This document shows, piece after piece, positions 12,463 to 25,260 of a DNA stretch of 64,000 nucleotides. The stretch covers positions 51,274,001-51,338,000 of the forward strand of contig NC_043008.1 of assembly GCF_006345805.1 (NCBI RefSeq), read 5' to 3'. Each line of letters begins with the position of its first letter. Position 1 is the stretch's first letter. A program made the translations under genes and the position numbers. Origin of the DNA: Octopus sinensis (lineage: Eukaryota). The notes under the pieces were generated by a model. That model ran no database searches. It was given only the letters and a program-made list of their open reading frames with translations, and was not told where the DNA came from.

Positions 12463-12686
12463 AGCTGGCAGAAACGTTAGCACGCCGGGCGAAATGCGTA
12501 GCCGTATTTCGTCTGCCGTTACGTTCTGGGTTCAAATTCTGCTGAGGTCGACTTTGCCTTTCATCCTTTCGGGGTCGATAAATTAAGTACCAGTTACGGA
12601 CTGGGGTCGATGTAATCGACTTAATCCCTTTGTCTGTCCTTGTTTGTCCCCCTCTATGTTTAACTCCTTGTGGGTAATAAAGGAAC
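12463..12686 (+). mobile_element. SINE family C (GCTGGCAGAA..GTTCAAATT head; CTTTCATCCTTTCGGGGTCGATAAA core)
   Basis: Matches copies at 15445, 23401, 29210, 31222; B-box-like GGGTTCAAATTC. Confidence 0.85.
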
Positions 12687-12732
<46 letters not shown>

Positions 12733-14933
12733 GGTTTCGGGTTGAGTCCCACTGCGCGGCACTTTGGACAGGTGTCTTCTGCTATAGCCCCGAGTTGACC
12801 GAAGCTTTGTGATTGAATTCAGTAGGCGGAAGTTACTGCCGTGTGTGTATGTGTGCGTGTAGGTGCTCAGTGCCTCTCCGAAAGAGAAAGAGGGATACAC
12901 ACACACACACACACACATATATACAGACATACACACACACATATATATCTATATATATGTAATTATATATGTGTGTATACATACACACACACACAAACAC
13001 ACATGCATAAACACTCACACATACATATACACTGCTGTATATCATCATCATCATCACCATCATTAACTTCCCTACATTAGTGCGATAGTGTATTGTGCTA
13101 CAATAGTTTTTTCGGTAAGCATCATGAAATCAATTTTCATTTGAACTGACACAAGTTTTGTTATGTTAGCTCAGTTCTCATTAATAATTACTACATTGGC
13201 TGTTGTTGTTGTTGTTGTTGTTGTAGTGGTGGTGCTGATGCTGACGGAGGTTGGGGTGTTAGTGGCGGTTATTTAATCGCATGTCAGCCCTAAATATACC
13301 CATGATCAAAGGAATTTCGCTCTCAATCTTTTTGCCACATTTTGAAAGGTATATTGTTATGATAAGAGGGTAATCTGACTGCTATTTCCAGAAGATCCAC
13401 TATGCAGAAAAAGCCTCCACTGATCAGTTCACTAACCAACATGAAGTGTTATCATGGATTATCATGAATGGTGTGCGAATCATGAAAGCTGAGCAAATCC
13501 GAGAATGACCATCCAGATGGTAGGACAAAATTCAGATCATTTGGTTAATAATTCAGTTTTATTTATTTACAACTGAAAGTGGCCAGCTAACAGAATCGGG
13601 AGCAGGCTGGACAAAATTCTTCCAGATTTTCATGTTCTGAATTCAAATTCTACAGAGATTCCCTCTCTCTCTCTCTCTCTTTCGGAGAGGCACGGAGCAG
13701 CTATACGCACATATATACACACACGGCAGTAACTCCTGCCTACCGAATTCAATCACAAAGCTCCGGTCGGCTCGGGGCTATAGCGGAAGACACTTACCCA
13801 AAGTGCCACGCAGTGGGACTGAACCCAAAACCATGTAGCTAGGAAGCAAGCTCCCTAACCACACAGCCATGCCCATTTTGATTTCCCTCTTGTCAGGATT
13901 GCTAAAGTAAAGTACCAGTAAAGTACTGGGGGATGTTGATGTAATCAACCTGTTCCCCTCCTCAAAATAGCCAGCCTTGAAACAGAATCAGGAAGCATTT
14001 ATTTTCATGCTAATATAGAGGTCAGCCCGGGGCATGTTTTTATAGCCTGTGCTGACAGCTGACCAGCAAGAAAAATACAGGTGTCAAATTATGCTTCTGA
14101 TGATTAAGAGGATAAAATGATGGTGTTGAAATATGTATAAGGTGCAAGCGTGGCTGTGTGGTAAGAAGCTTGCTTCCCAAACACATGGTTCTGGGTTCAA
14201 TCCTACTGCATGGCATCTTGGGCAAGTGTCTTCTACTATAGCCTCACATGTATATATACATTTATACATACATATATACATGTACATACATATATACAAA
14301 TATATATACATATATATATACATATTTACATGCATATATATATACATATATACATGCATATATTCATATATATGTGTGTGTGTGTATAGAGATAGATAGA
14401 TAGATAGATAGATAGATAGGTAGATAGATAGGTAGATAGACAGATATGTATGTGTACATGAATATATATATATATATATATATGTATGTATACATATATA
14501 CATTATATATACACACACTGACACATACACAGATATTCACACACATACGCTATTCAATAATTGGCATTATTATCAATACCAATTATTATATATTCCTTCG
14601 ACCCCACCCGACCCCTTTATTACCACCACCACCACCACCATCACCGCCACAACTACCACCACCACCACAACCTTCTTTGAACAACATTTTGCTTTCGTCT
14701 TTTATTGTTGGTTACCAGACCAGAATATATTTGCTTTTATACAGTAAAAAGAAAAAGAAAAAAAAACAAAAAACAAAAAACTCTACTATCATAATCCCCA
14801 TCACCATCATCATCATCATCATCATCATAATCCCCATCACCATCATCATCATCATCATCATCACAATAATCATCATCATCACCACCATCATAATCATCAT
14901 TGTTGTTATCACCATCACAACCACATCATCATT

Positions 14934-15060
14934 CTGAGGGTTTGGCTCTTTGTTACGAGCAGAGGTAATAGCTCTCTGAACTTTCTCCAGCCTGTTCCTA
15001 TCCTTGTGACTATGTTTTCAGAGTAGCCTCCTTCATTATTAATTAGGTTAACGAGGTAAC
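14934..15060 (-). mobile_element. RTE-clade LINE ORF fragment (just C-terminal of the RT domain)
   Basis: Minus strand encodes LINNEGGYSENIVTRIGTGWRKFRELLPLLVTK, matching the RTE-type R..GW.KFREL.PLL motif. Confidence 0.7.
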
Positions 15061-15444
15061 ACCAAACAATCAACTTCCCCTAACTCATATCACATGACTT
15101 AAAGCCACTTTCTGCAATATTATTCGCTGCTCTCAGTTGTCTTGCAAGTTACCAGGTAATCTCACTGGTGCTAGTACCACATAAAAAGCACCGTGTACCT
15201 TCTGTAAAGTGGTTGGCATCAGCAAGAGCATCCCACCGTAGAAGCCATGCCAACGCAGACAACTGGAACATGATAGAGTGCTCTGCCTCTCAGGCCCCTG
15301 TCAAACAGTCCAACCCATACCAGCATGGAAAACAGATGTTAAATGACGATGATGATGAGCTGGTTACAGGTAAAGGTAGGTTATGTTTAAAGAAGGGGCA
15401 AAGCTAATCTGGTTACCACATGGGAAAGCCAAAACCCATGCTAT

Positions 15445-15680
15445 ATCTGTTTCTTTATTACCCACAAGGGGCTAAACATAGAGGGGACAAACAAGGACAG
15501 ACAAACAGATTAAGTCGATTACATCGACCCCAGTGCGTAACTGGTACTTAATTTATCGACTCCTAAAGGATGAAAGGCAAAGTCAACCTCGGCAGAATTT
15601 GAACTCAGAACGCGACAGACGCAATACCGCTAAGCATTTCGCCCGGTGTGCTAACGTTTCTGCCAGCTTGCTGCCTTTAT
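15445..15680 (-). mobile_element. SINE family C
   Basis: Reverse complement of the 12463-12686 consensus. Confidence 0.85.
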
Positions 15681-15721
15681 CACTATATCACTAAATGAGG
15701 CCCACCAGACATACTCTAAAA

Positions 15722-16500
15722 CAGGGGTTCTCAACCAATTTAAATCTTCGGACCTCTTTGATTAGTATTTTATTCTTGTGGACCCTCATAGTTATTTGAT
15801 ATTTACAAACTAGCTTTATAGAAACTTTTTTCAGAATTCCTGTTTTGTTTTCCATATATTAACCCTTTTGTTACCAACCTGGCTGAAACCGCCTCTAGCT
15901 CTGTAGTACAAATGCCTTGTTTTCATAAGTCTTGAATTAAAATCTTCCATCAAACCTTAGTCACAATTTAGGTTCCTAACACCAGCTGAATGATAGCTAA
16001 GCTATTTTACTAAATTCTTTGTTATATTTAAAGTAATTGAAAGAAACACAGAGCATCCCAACAGAAATACAGTAACGAAAGTGTTAATTTTTAACTTGGG
16101 TAGGCAGACCTATGTAAAATGTTACAGAAAGAAACCCAGCTGTTTCTTGCAATACATACATCTAAAGCATTTTTTACCTATGGATCCCTTTCATTACTAT
16201 TTTATTCTAGTGGGCCCTTTTAGTCATTCGATGTTTAAGACTGGTTTTATAGAAATTTCTTTCAAAATTCCTATTTTGTTTTTCACACATTAACTTGTGT
16301 AGGTTGAACAAAGTAAAACCTTCAAGAAAGAAACCCAGCTGTCTCTTGCAATACATACCAATACATACATTTAGATCAAAATTTTTTCAGCGTCCCAAAA
16401 ATACTGTTGCAGATAACCAATTTGCTATTTTGTTGCGTGAACCCCAAAAAATCTTATCTGAACCCTCAGGGACCTTATTGACCCCGGTTAAGAACCACTG
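15722..16500. mobile_element. Non-autonomous hAT (Buster/Charlie-type) element
   Basis: TIRs CAGGGGTTCTCAACC / GGTTAAGAACCACTG; 8-bp TSD CTCTAAAA / CTCCAAAA (7/8); internal ~190-bp diverged direct repeat. Confidence 0.85.
15863..16083 (+). mobile_element. piggyBac-type MITE nested in the hAT element
   Basis: TTAA at 15859-62 and 16084-87; termini CCCTTTTGTTAC / GTAACGAAAGTG; same family as 50818-51262. Confidence 0.9.
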
Positions 16501-16885
16501 CTCCAAAACAAAAAGAAAAAAAAGACTGGATGGTCACATCTGGAATATGTTCAATCACAAGTTTGTTAGATGTATTATAGTCTGACCTAGTGATTAGATT
16601 GTTGCACATACAAGTGAGAGATTGTGGTTTCAATTCCCAGACCATGCAGTGTATCATGTTCTCGGATAAAATACTTCATCTCTCATTAGTCTGTGATCAA
16701 CTGACTGCTGATGGGTGGCACAGTGGGCAGCACCTATTCAAGCAATGATGATTTGATGGGAGGAGCCAGACCAAGTGCAGAACCAGCATCCGATTGCTAT
16801 AAACACATTATCTGCGATGGTTATTCAGCAAAACAAGTTGCGGAATCGTCTTTCTTGGACACAAGAGACTACCAAGAAGGCAAAA

Positions 16886-17139
16886 TCACCACCACCACCA
16901 CTAATAATAATAATAATACTGATACAACTACCACTACCACCACTACCACTACCACTACCATCACTACTGCTACTATTATTACTATTAATGCTACTACCAC
17001 TTCTACTACTACTACTACTACCACCACTATCACCACTGCCACCACCACTACTATTACTACTACCATCACCACTACTACTATTACTAATGCTACTAGTATG
17101 AACACTACCACCACCACCACCACTACTACTACTACTTAC

Positions 17140-17184
<45 letters not shown>

Positions 17185-17275
17185 CACCACCACCACTACT
17201 ACTACTATTACTACTACTACTACTACCACCACCACCACCACTACTACTACTACTACCACTACTACTACCACCACC

Positions 17276-17307
<32 letters not shown>

Positions 17308-17395
17308 CACCACCACCACCACCACCACCACTACTACCACCACCACTACTACCACCACCACTACTACTACCACCACCACTACTACTACCACCACC

Positions 17396-17432
<37 letters not shown>

Positions 17433-17500
17433 TTACTACTACTACTACTACCACCACCACCACCACCACTACTACTACCACTACCACTACTACTACTACA
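16886..17500. repeat. (ACC)n/(ACT)n trinucleotide microsatellite
   Basis: Direct reading. Confidence 0.95.
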
Positions 17501-18414
17501 GTTGCTGTTTCTGCTGCTCTGGCTGCTACATCCAATACACCCAGGTGATATCTATGTTTTGAAAATCTTCAGGAAATTTCTGTAGACTTTTAGAACATTC
17601 TTCAGAGAATGCTAAAAGAAAAAAGCTCAACATTATAACAGACTTTATTCTTTGTGGAATTGTGGTTAGGGAGTAAAATTCTTTGTTTCGGTGTTGTTGG
17701 TTGTTTTTTTTTTGTTGTTGTTGTTCTTCTTCTTTCTTTTATTTCTTCTGTCTGTCTTCAGTTTAGTCTAGTTTGCAAAACTCTTTGAGATTCCAAGAAA
17801 CAAGTAATTTTGGTAGAACCAACCTACATCGAGCAAGATTTTCAGTTATTTCATTCATGCTGCACATACCAAACAGCAGCACAGCCCCTCTCTCTCTCTC
17901 TCCCCCTCTCTCTATATACCTCTCTTTCTATCTACCTGTATACATTGTGGTGGTGGGGGTGAGGGAATGTGCGTATGTATGTGTTTGAGTGAGTGTACGG
18001 GTGAGGTTGCGAGCATGTGTGCATGTATGTGTCAGTGCTTGGATGTGTGTGTTTCTGTGCGAGTGGGGTATGGATGTGTGTGTGTGAGTATGTGTGTGAG
18101 TACTTGGATGTATGTCTGTGTATGAGAGCACGTTTGTGTGTATGTACATGTGAGTGAGAGCGAGAGTGCTTGTGTGTGTTTATGTGTGTGTGTCTGTGCT
18201 TCTGTGTATGTATCTGAATGTATTATATGTGTTTGAGTATGTGTGTGTGTGTGCATTTGTGTGTGTGTGTGTGTGAGTGTCTATGTCTGGATACGAGTGT
18301 TTGTATGTGTGTTTGTGCATGTGTCTATGTACATATGTCTGACTTAGAATGGTCTCTACAGCAGGATGCCCTCCCCAACGCCAACCACTATACAGAATGT
18401 GCAGGGTGTTTTTA

Positions 18415-18670
18415 TGTGGTACCACACTGCCAGTTTTTCGTGGCACCACACAACCAGTTTTACGTGTCACCACACAGCCAATTTTATGTGGCACCACACA
18501 GCTAGTTTCATGTGAAACCACACTGTCAGTTTTTCGTGGCACCACACTGTCAGTTTTAAGTGGCACTGCACAGGTGCTTTTATATGGCACCACACCGTCA
18601 GTTTTTATGTGACACTATATGAGCACTTTTATGTGACACCGCACTGGTGGTTCTATGTGGCACCACCATG
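18415..18670 (-). repeat. ~24-bp minisatellite (~10-11 units) grown from the family D SINE core
   Basis: Units GTGGCACCACAC.G.CAGTTTT.. directly follow an inverted family D segment (18345-18415). Confidence 0.8.
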
Positions 18671-19257
18671 GGTGCTTTTTATCACTAGAGGGACAAGTCT
18701 TAACACTTCTGCTGTGGAACATGGGTCTTGTTGAGTACAGCAAGGCACCAGACAACTGGTGCCTGGAGTAGCTCTCTGGTTGGCAGTTCATGTCAAACCA
18801 TCCAACCCATGCCAGCATGGAAAATAGACAATAAATGAAGATGAGGATAATGATCATGAGGAAGATGATGAAAACCATGTAAATAACTGCAAAGAACCAG
18901 AGAGAGAGAGAGTGTCAAATGTTGCTACTTAACTTAGGTTTCTTGAAGCTGATCAGAATAGAAATGTAATATCCCTTTGGTAATTTTATATCGGAGACAC
19001 TAATCGCAAGCATTGCTGTGTGGTTCAGAAGTTTGCTTCCCAGATATGTGGTTTGGCAGTTCAATCTCAGAGTGCAGTACCTTGGGTTCGAGACCCAAAC
19101 TTCCAAGTTCTTTTTACAGGGCTTAGAAAAATCAAGGGACTATACTGCAATAAGTGTATGGAACTGACAGGAGATTCTGTTGAATAAAATCCTAGTCGAC
19201 TGATCCTCCTGTATTTTCTTTTACCCCAAACCAGAAACTCGCATATATATATATATA

Positions 19258-19534
19258 TCACGTGATCACGTGACCGACCAGACCATCAGATGTTGTTACA
19301 CATCGCTGGTCACAATGCGTTCGCATTGTTTTAGCCTTCGAATGATGCCACCTCGCTGGCTAAGCGAGCAGGCCAACAGAAGAAAGAGTGGGAGAAAGAA
19401 TGGTGAAAGAGTACAGCAGGGATCACCACCCCTTGCCGGAGCGACGTGGAGCTTTTAGGTGTTTTCGCTCAATAAACACTCACAACGCCCGGTCTGCGAG
19501 TCCACTGCCCTAACCACTGGGCCATTGCGCCTCC
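19258..19534 (-). mobile_element. SINE, family A head with tail type 2; B box deleted
   Basis: Matches 60820-61111 but lacks ~25 bp including GGAATCGAAACC between CCCGGTCTG and CGAGTCC. Confidence 0.9.
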
Positions 19535-19656
19535 ACATATATATATATATATATTATTATATTATATTATATCAATGGATGTGTTGATCTGTTCAGGTGT
19601 ATGTAATTGGTAGGGCAAGCCCATATGTTCATTAATATAAGCATGGATATCCATAT

Positions 19657-19820
19657 AGGCGCAGGAGTGGCTGTGTGGTAAGTAGCTTGCTAACCAACCA
19701 CATGGTTCCGGGTTCAGTCCCACTGCGTGGCATCTTGGGCAAGTGTCTTCTGCTATAGCCCCGGGCCGACCAATGCCTTGTGAGTGGATTTGGTAGACGG
19801 AAACTGAAAGAAGCCTGTCG

Positions 19821-19851
<31 letters not shown>

Positions 19852-20051
19852 TTGTGTGTCTGTGTTTGTCCCCCTAGCATTGCATGACAACCGATGCTGG
19901 TGTGTTTACATCCCTGTCACCTAGCGGTTCGGCAAAAAGAGACCGATAGAATAAGTACTGGGCTTACAGAGAATAAGTCCCGGGGTCGATTTGCTCGACT
20001 AAAGGTGGTGCTCCAGCATGGCCACAGTCAACTGACTGAAACAAGTAGAAG
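19657..20051 (+). mobile_element. Full-length SINE family B
   Basis: tRNA-like head (GGTTCAGTCCC B-box-like), internal (TA)n(TG)n, tail GACTGAAACAAGTA.AAG. Confidence 0.9.
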
Positions 20052-22550
20052 TGTAAAGTGTAAAAGTGTAATATATACTGTTGATACACAGATATGCTGT
20101 TCTCGACCCTAACTTGATGTCCTTATTATTAAAATATCTTTATTCGTTTCGATCCTGCAAATAATTTATATTTATATATAAAAGGGTAAGGGTAAAGACT
20201 CCCTTCGGTCATGAATGACCATGGGATTGCACCTAGAGTGTTCCCCTACAAGACATAAGTCCAGGCAAGGTTTTATGGAAGATCAGCAGTCACCCATGCA
20301 TACCAGCCTCCCTTATACAAGCCACTGATGTTAGCCAAGGGAAAGGCAAAGGCCATGATACAGCATGGCACCAGTGATGTCGCAACTCATTTCTACAGCT
20401 GAGTGAACAGGGGCAATGTGAAATAAAGTGTCTTGCTCAAGAACACAACACACAGCATGGGCAACTGCTGGTCTTTCATAAACAACCTTGCCTTGGAGGG
20501 GAATTTCTAGGGGCAAATTCCATGGTCATTCATAACTGAAGCGGGTTTTTACCCTTTGCTTTACCTTATATGGAAACATGCGAAGGTTGGCAACTGGAAA
20601 GGCACCTGACCATAGAAAATCTGCCTCAATACATTCTGTCCTTTCTGACTCATGCAAGTATAGAAAAGCAAATGTCAAATAACAGTGATGATCACGATGA
20701 TGATGATGATGATGATGACATGTAGCAGTCAAGGGAATGAAGTTTAGTTCTACAAAATCCTTTCTACTACAGGCACAAGGCCTGAAATTTGGGGAGAGTC
20801 TGACAGTTGATTACATTAACCCCAGTGCATAACTGGTACTTATTTCATTGACCTCAAAAGGATAAAAGGCAAGCTGACCCCAGTGAAATTTGAACTCAGT
20901 ATGCAAAGATGGACGAAATGCCAATAAGCATTTTTCCTGGAGTGCTAATGGTTCTGCCAGCTTACCACTTTTACAAAATCAAAGGTAGTGAGTTCAAACT
21001 CACTGGTAGTATTCTGTTGGTCTTTCTCATTCCTATCAGTTTATTATTCCATCTTGGGAGCAGCATGTAGTTCTTCTGATCTGCTTCTGATGGCATGCTT
21101 ATTTCATAAGAAACCCAACAATATGTACTTCTTTGAGAGGGGAGGGTCACGGTCTAGAATAATCTGGCTAAACCATAGACAATAATTACATTGTTGTATG
21201 ATTAAGGAGTATGTTTTCAAATCATGAAGCATTGGGTTCAGTCCTGTTCCACAGAACCATGGGCAAGTGCTTTCCATTATAACCCAGGGCACCAACAAAT
21301 GTCTTTTAGTGGATTTGGTTGGCAGTAACTGGAAGAAATCTGTATGTACACCCTTGTCTTGCCTTATGTGATTATGTGATGGTTGTAAATGAGCATCACT
21401 GTCATACAAGTGAGGTTGTTCGTTTCCGTTGTAATCCAACATTGGACTGTTGTAACATCTACTCTATCTATGACCGACTTCTCAGACTTCTTGATGACTT
21501 GATTTCCTATGTCACAGTATTTGTAATGACTAGTACATACCACTCATCGCACAGGAGGCGTGTTGCAGTATTATTAGCATTATCTCCATAACAGTTTCCA
21601 AGTTTCTGTGGAAAAAAAAAGAATCTAGCTTTGGTTTGGTTGACCCAAGGCTATAGGAGAAGATACTTGCCCAAGGTACTGTGCAATGGAGCTGAACTTC
21701 ATCCCGTATGGTTACAAACAAGCATCTCATCCACACACCTACATCATCACCTTCATCAACATCATCATCACATTCTTCATCATCATCATCATCATGTAAC
21801 ATTTGTTTTCTGTGCTGGCAGGAGTTGAACAGTTTGACAAGAGGTGGCCAGCTGGAGAGCTGCCTAGGCTCCATTTGTCTGTTTCCATGGCTGGATGACC
21901 TTCTTTATGCCAGCCAATTTACAGAGAGCATGCTGGGGGCTTTCCACATGGCACCATCAAGTAAAAATCTGTTCAAATTAAACTTTGCAACATAATTCTA
22001 TATTAAGAAAAATCTTGATAATAAAAAAAAATTCAATTACTTTCCTTAAATCTCTCTAAATTCTTAATTGATTAATTAGTTTAAAAAAAATTAATTAAAT
22101 CTCAAAATTGATGTATTACATTCAACACATGGTCAAGAGAGGGTTAACATCCTGGGAGTACAGAAATAAATGTATATCACAAGAGAGAATTCTCGAATTT
22201 AGCTAATCAATGCTACTATGTGGTACCAAAGCAGTCTCAGAGATGGTAATAAAAATAAAGCAAAAAAAAAATAATAATAAATAACAAAACAAAACAAAAC
22301 AAGCAAATGAATAAAAGAGAAAAGAAAGAGAATAAGAGTCGCTGAGTGAAAGCTTGTTATAAATATACCACAAAGATATGTCAGTGACGATTACAAATTT
22401 GGGTATGTTTGTAGACCGTTGGGAGACAAGAGTACTGGTGATTCCAATAAGCCCTCCTTCGTGGGAGAGAGAAAAACAAGAATTCTTCAAATGTTTATGA
22501 TAGCTTGGAGAATATTGGTTTGAAGAATCTGTTGGGAAGTAAAGGTGTGA

Positions 22551-22591
<41 letters not shown>

Positions 22592-22825
22592 TGAGTGAGA
22601 GATGAGGTAAGAAAGAGTAAGAAAGGAAGGAATACAGACGATTAATTTGAATAAATAGGAATGGAGTTTATGAATTTAAAGTCATTTACCAAAATAATGA
22701 TTCTTTAACTTTGAGGTAGTGTGGAGATTAAGTGAAAAATTATTAAATTCTTGGCAAACCTAAACTTGGAAAAATTATTAAGAAATTATTTTTTCCAAAT
22801 CTGTTTTAATTTTGTGTGTGTGTGT

Positions 22826-23220
22826 TTACTCTTTTACTTATTTCAGTCATTTGACTGCGGCCATGCTGGAGCACCGCCTTTTTTTTTTAGTTGAGCAAAT
22901 CGACCCCAGGACTTATTCTTTGTAAGCCTAGTACTTATTATATCGGTCTCTTTTGCCGAACTGCTAAGTTACGGGGGCGTATACACACCAGCATCAGTTG
23001 TCAAGTGATGTTGGGGGGACAAACACACACACACATATATATATATATACATATATACGACAGGCTTCTTTCAGTTTCCATCTACCAAATCCACTCACAA
23101 GGCTTTGGTCGGCCCGAGGGTATAGAAGAAGACACTTGCCTAAGGTGCCACACAGTGGGACTGAACCCCGAACCGTGTGGTTGGTAAGCAAGCTACTTAC
23201 CACACAGCCACTCCTACGCC
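22826..23220 (-). mobile_element. SINE family B
   Basis: Reverse complement of the family consensus. Confidence 0.9.
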
Positions 23221-23400
23221 TCGTGTAATGTTTGTGTGCAAATATGTGTGTGCGTGTACATGTTTGTGTGTGTGTGCGAATGCTTGTATGTATTTGTGCA
23301 GGTGTGATTGAGTGTGAATGTCTGTGAGTGTGTGTGTGTGTACTTGTATATGTATTTGTGTGCTTGTGCTTTTGCATGTATGTAAATATGTGTATGTGTG

Positions 23401-24650
23401 CTGGCAGAATCGTTAGCACGCCGGGCGAAATGCTTAGCAGTATTTCGTCTGTCGCTACGTTCTGAGTTCAATTTCCGCTGAGGTCGACTTTGCCTTTCAT
23501 CCTTTCGGGGTCGATTAAATAAGTACCAGTTACGCACTGGGGTCGATATTATTGACTTAATCCATTTGTCTGTCCTTGTTTGTCCCTTCTCTGTGTTTAG
23601 CCCCTTGTGGGTAGTAAAGAAATATATGTGTATGTGTGCTTGTATGTATGTATGTATATATATATATGTGTGTGTATGTGTGCTTGTGTGTGTGGTTTAA
23701 GTATGAGTATATGTATCTGAACAAATATTGTAAACAAAAACCTCTTAGTTAACCAGATTTTATTATTATTATTATTATTATTAAAAAGGTAGCGAACTGG
23801 CAGACTCATTAGCATGCCAGGCTAAATGCTTTGCGGTATTTTGTCTGTCGCTACGTTCTGAGTTCAAATTATACCAAAGTCGACTTTGCCTTTCATCCTT
23901 TCGGGGTCGATAAAATAAGTACCAGTTGAACACTGGGGTCGGTATAATCAACTAGTCCCCTCCCCCAAAATGGCTGCCCTTGTGGCAAAATTTGAAGCCA
24001 TTATTATTATGATTAAGGTGGTGATTGGTCAGAATCGTTAGCCAGTCGGGCAAAATGCTTCACAGTATTTCATCTGTCCTTTTGCTTTGAGGTTGATTTT
24101 GCCTTTCATCTTTACAGGATCAATAAATTAAGTACCAGTGAAATACTGGGGCTGTTGTGATCGGCTTTTTCCCCTCCCCCACAAATTCCAAGCCATGTGC
24201 CTTTAGTAGAAAGGATTATTATTATCATTATGGTAGCAATCTGGCAGAATTGTTACCACACTGGGCAAAATGTATTTCCTCCATCCTTACATTCTGAGTT
24301 CAAATTCTGAAAAGGTCAACTTTGCCTTTCATCCTTTTGGGGTCAATAAAATAAGTACCAGTGGAACACTGGGGTCAATGTAATCAACTAGCCCCTGTCC
24401 CCAAAACTGCTGGCCTTGTGCCAAAATTTGAAACCATGATTATAAATCAAGTCAGCAAGCAGGCAAAAATCATTAGCATCCTGGGCAAAATGCTGAGATG
24501 CATTTCATCTTTAAATTCTGGGTTCAAATTTTGCCAAGGTTGACTTAGCCTTTCATCCTTTTGGAGTCAATAAAATAAGTACCAGTTAAGCACTGGGGTG
24601 GATATAACCAACTTACACCTTCTGCCAAAATTGCTGGCCTTGTGCCAAAA
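23401..24650 (+). mobile_element. Train of five co-oriented family C SINEs (~23401-23625, 23785-23999, 24015-24217, 24230-24438, 24455-24650)
   Basis: The CTTTCATCCTTT..GGGGTC.ATAAA.TAAGTACCAG core recurs five times; copies mostly separated by (ATT)n. Confidence 0.85.
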
Positions 24651-24709
24651 TCTGCAGTGTTGATAAATAAGCAATACAGTTCACAGAGAAACCTGAATTT
24701 TGAAGGGTT

Positions 24710-25260
24710 AAAGATGGGGTTAGAGAAGAATGGAGAAAATGATGGCTAGAGATATAGGAGTGGTTAAGGGGTTTTGTTAAGTGGGATGTGATGGTAAGTA
24801 TGAGAGGTCATTGATAGCAGATTGGAGAGGTGTTGAGAATGGAGTGGAACAGAAGAGAGAGGGCAATGGCTGAAGGAGCAGAAAGGAGGTGATTGGTAGA
24901 AACAGTGCGGACAGGGATGAATAATGAGAAATGGAATTTGTTCCAGAGGTGGAGGGAAACTAGAAGAGACGTGGTTTAATATGTGGTTACTCTGCTCTCA
25001 GATGGTTACAGCAGCCGATTAGGAGATTAGATAGAGAAGAAATGAGTGTTAAGGGATGAGATGTGGAGGAAATGCTGGACAGGGTAGAGAGAAAGAGAGA
25101 GAGAGGGAGAGACAGAGAAAGAGAGACAGAGAGAGAGAAAGAGAGAGATGGGTAAAGAGCCTCAAACATAAAAAAAGGTTTCAGGATATGATTTCTGCTG
25201 TGAAAGAGGGATCTCCTAGAGCACATCAAATTGCCAATCATTTTGGTCCACTGTCACCTC
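24710..25260 (-). mobile_element. Possible highly degenerate CR1/L2-type LINE 3' relic
   Basis: Strong purine skew; minus-strand peptides ALGDPSFTAEI and SLHLWNKF loosely resemble the CR1/L2 ORF2 C-terminus; interrupted by (GA)n. Confidence 0.3.
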
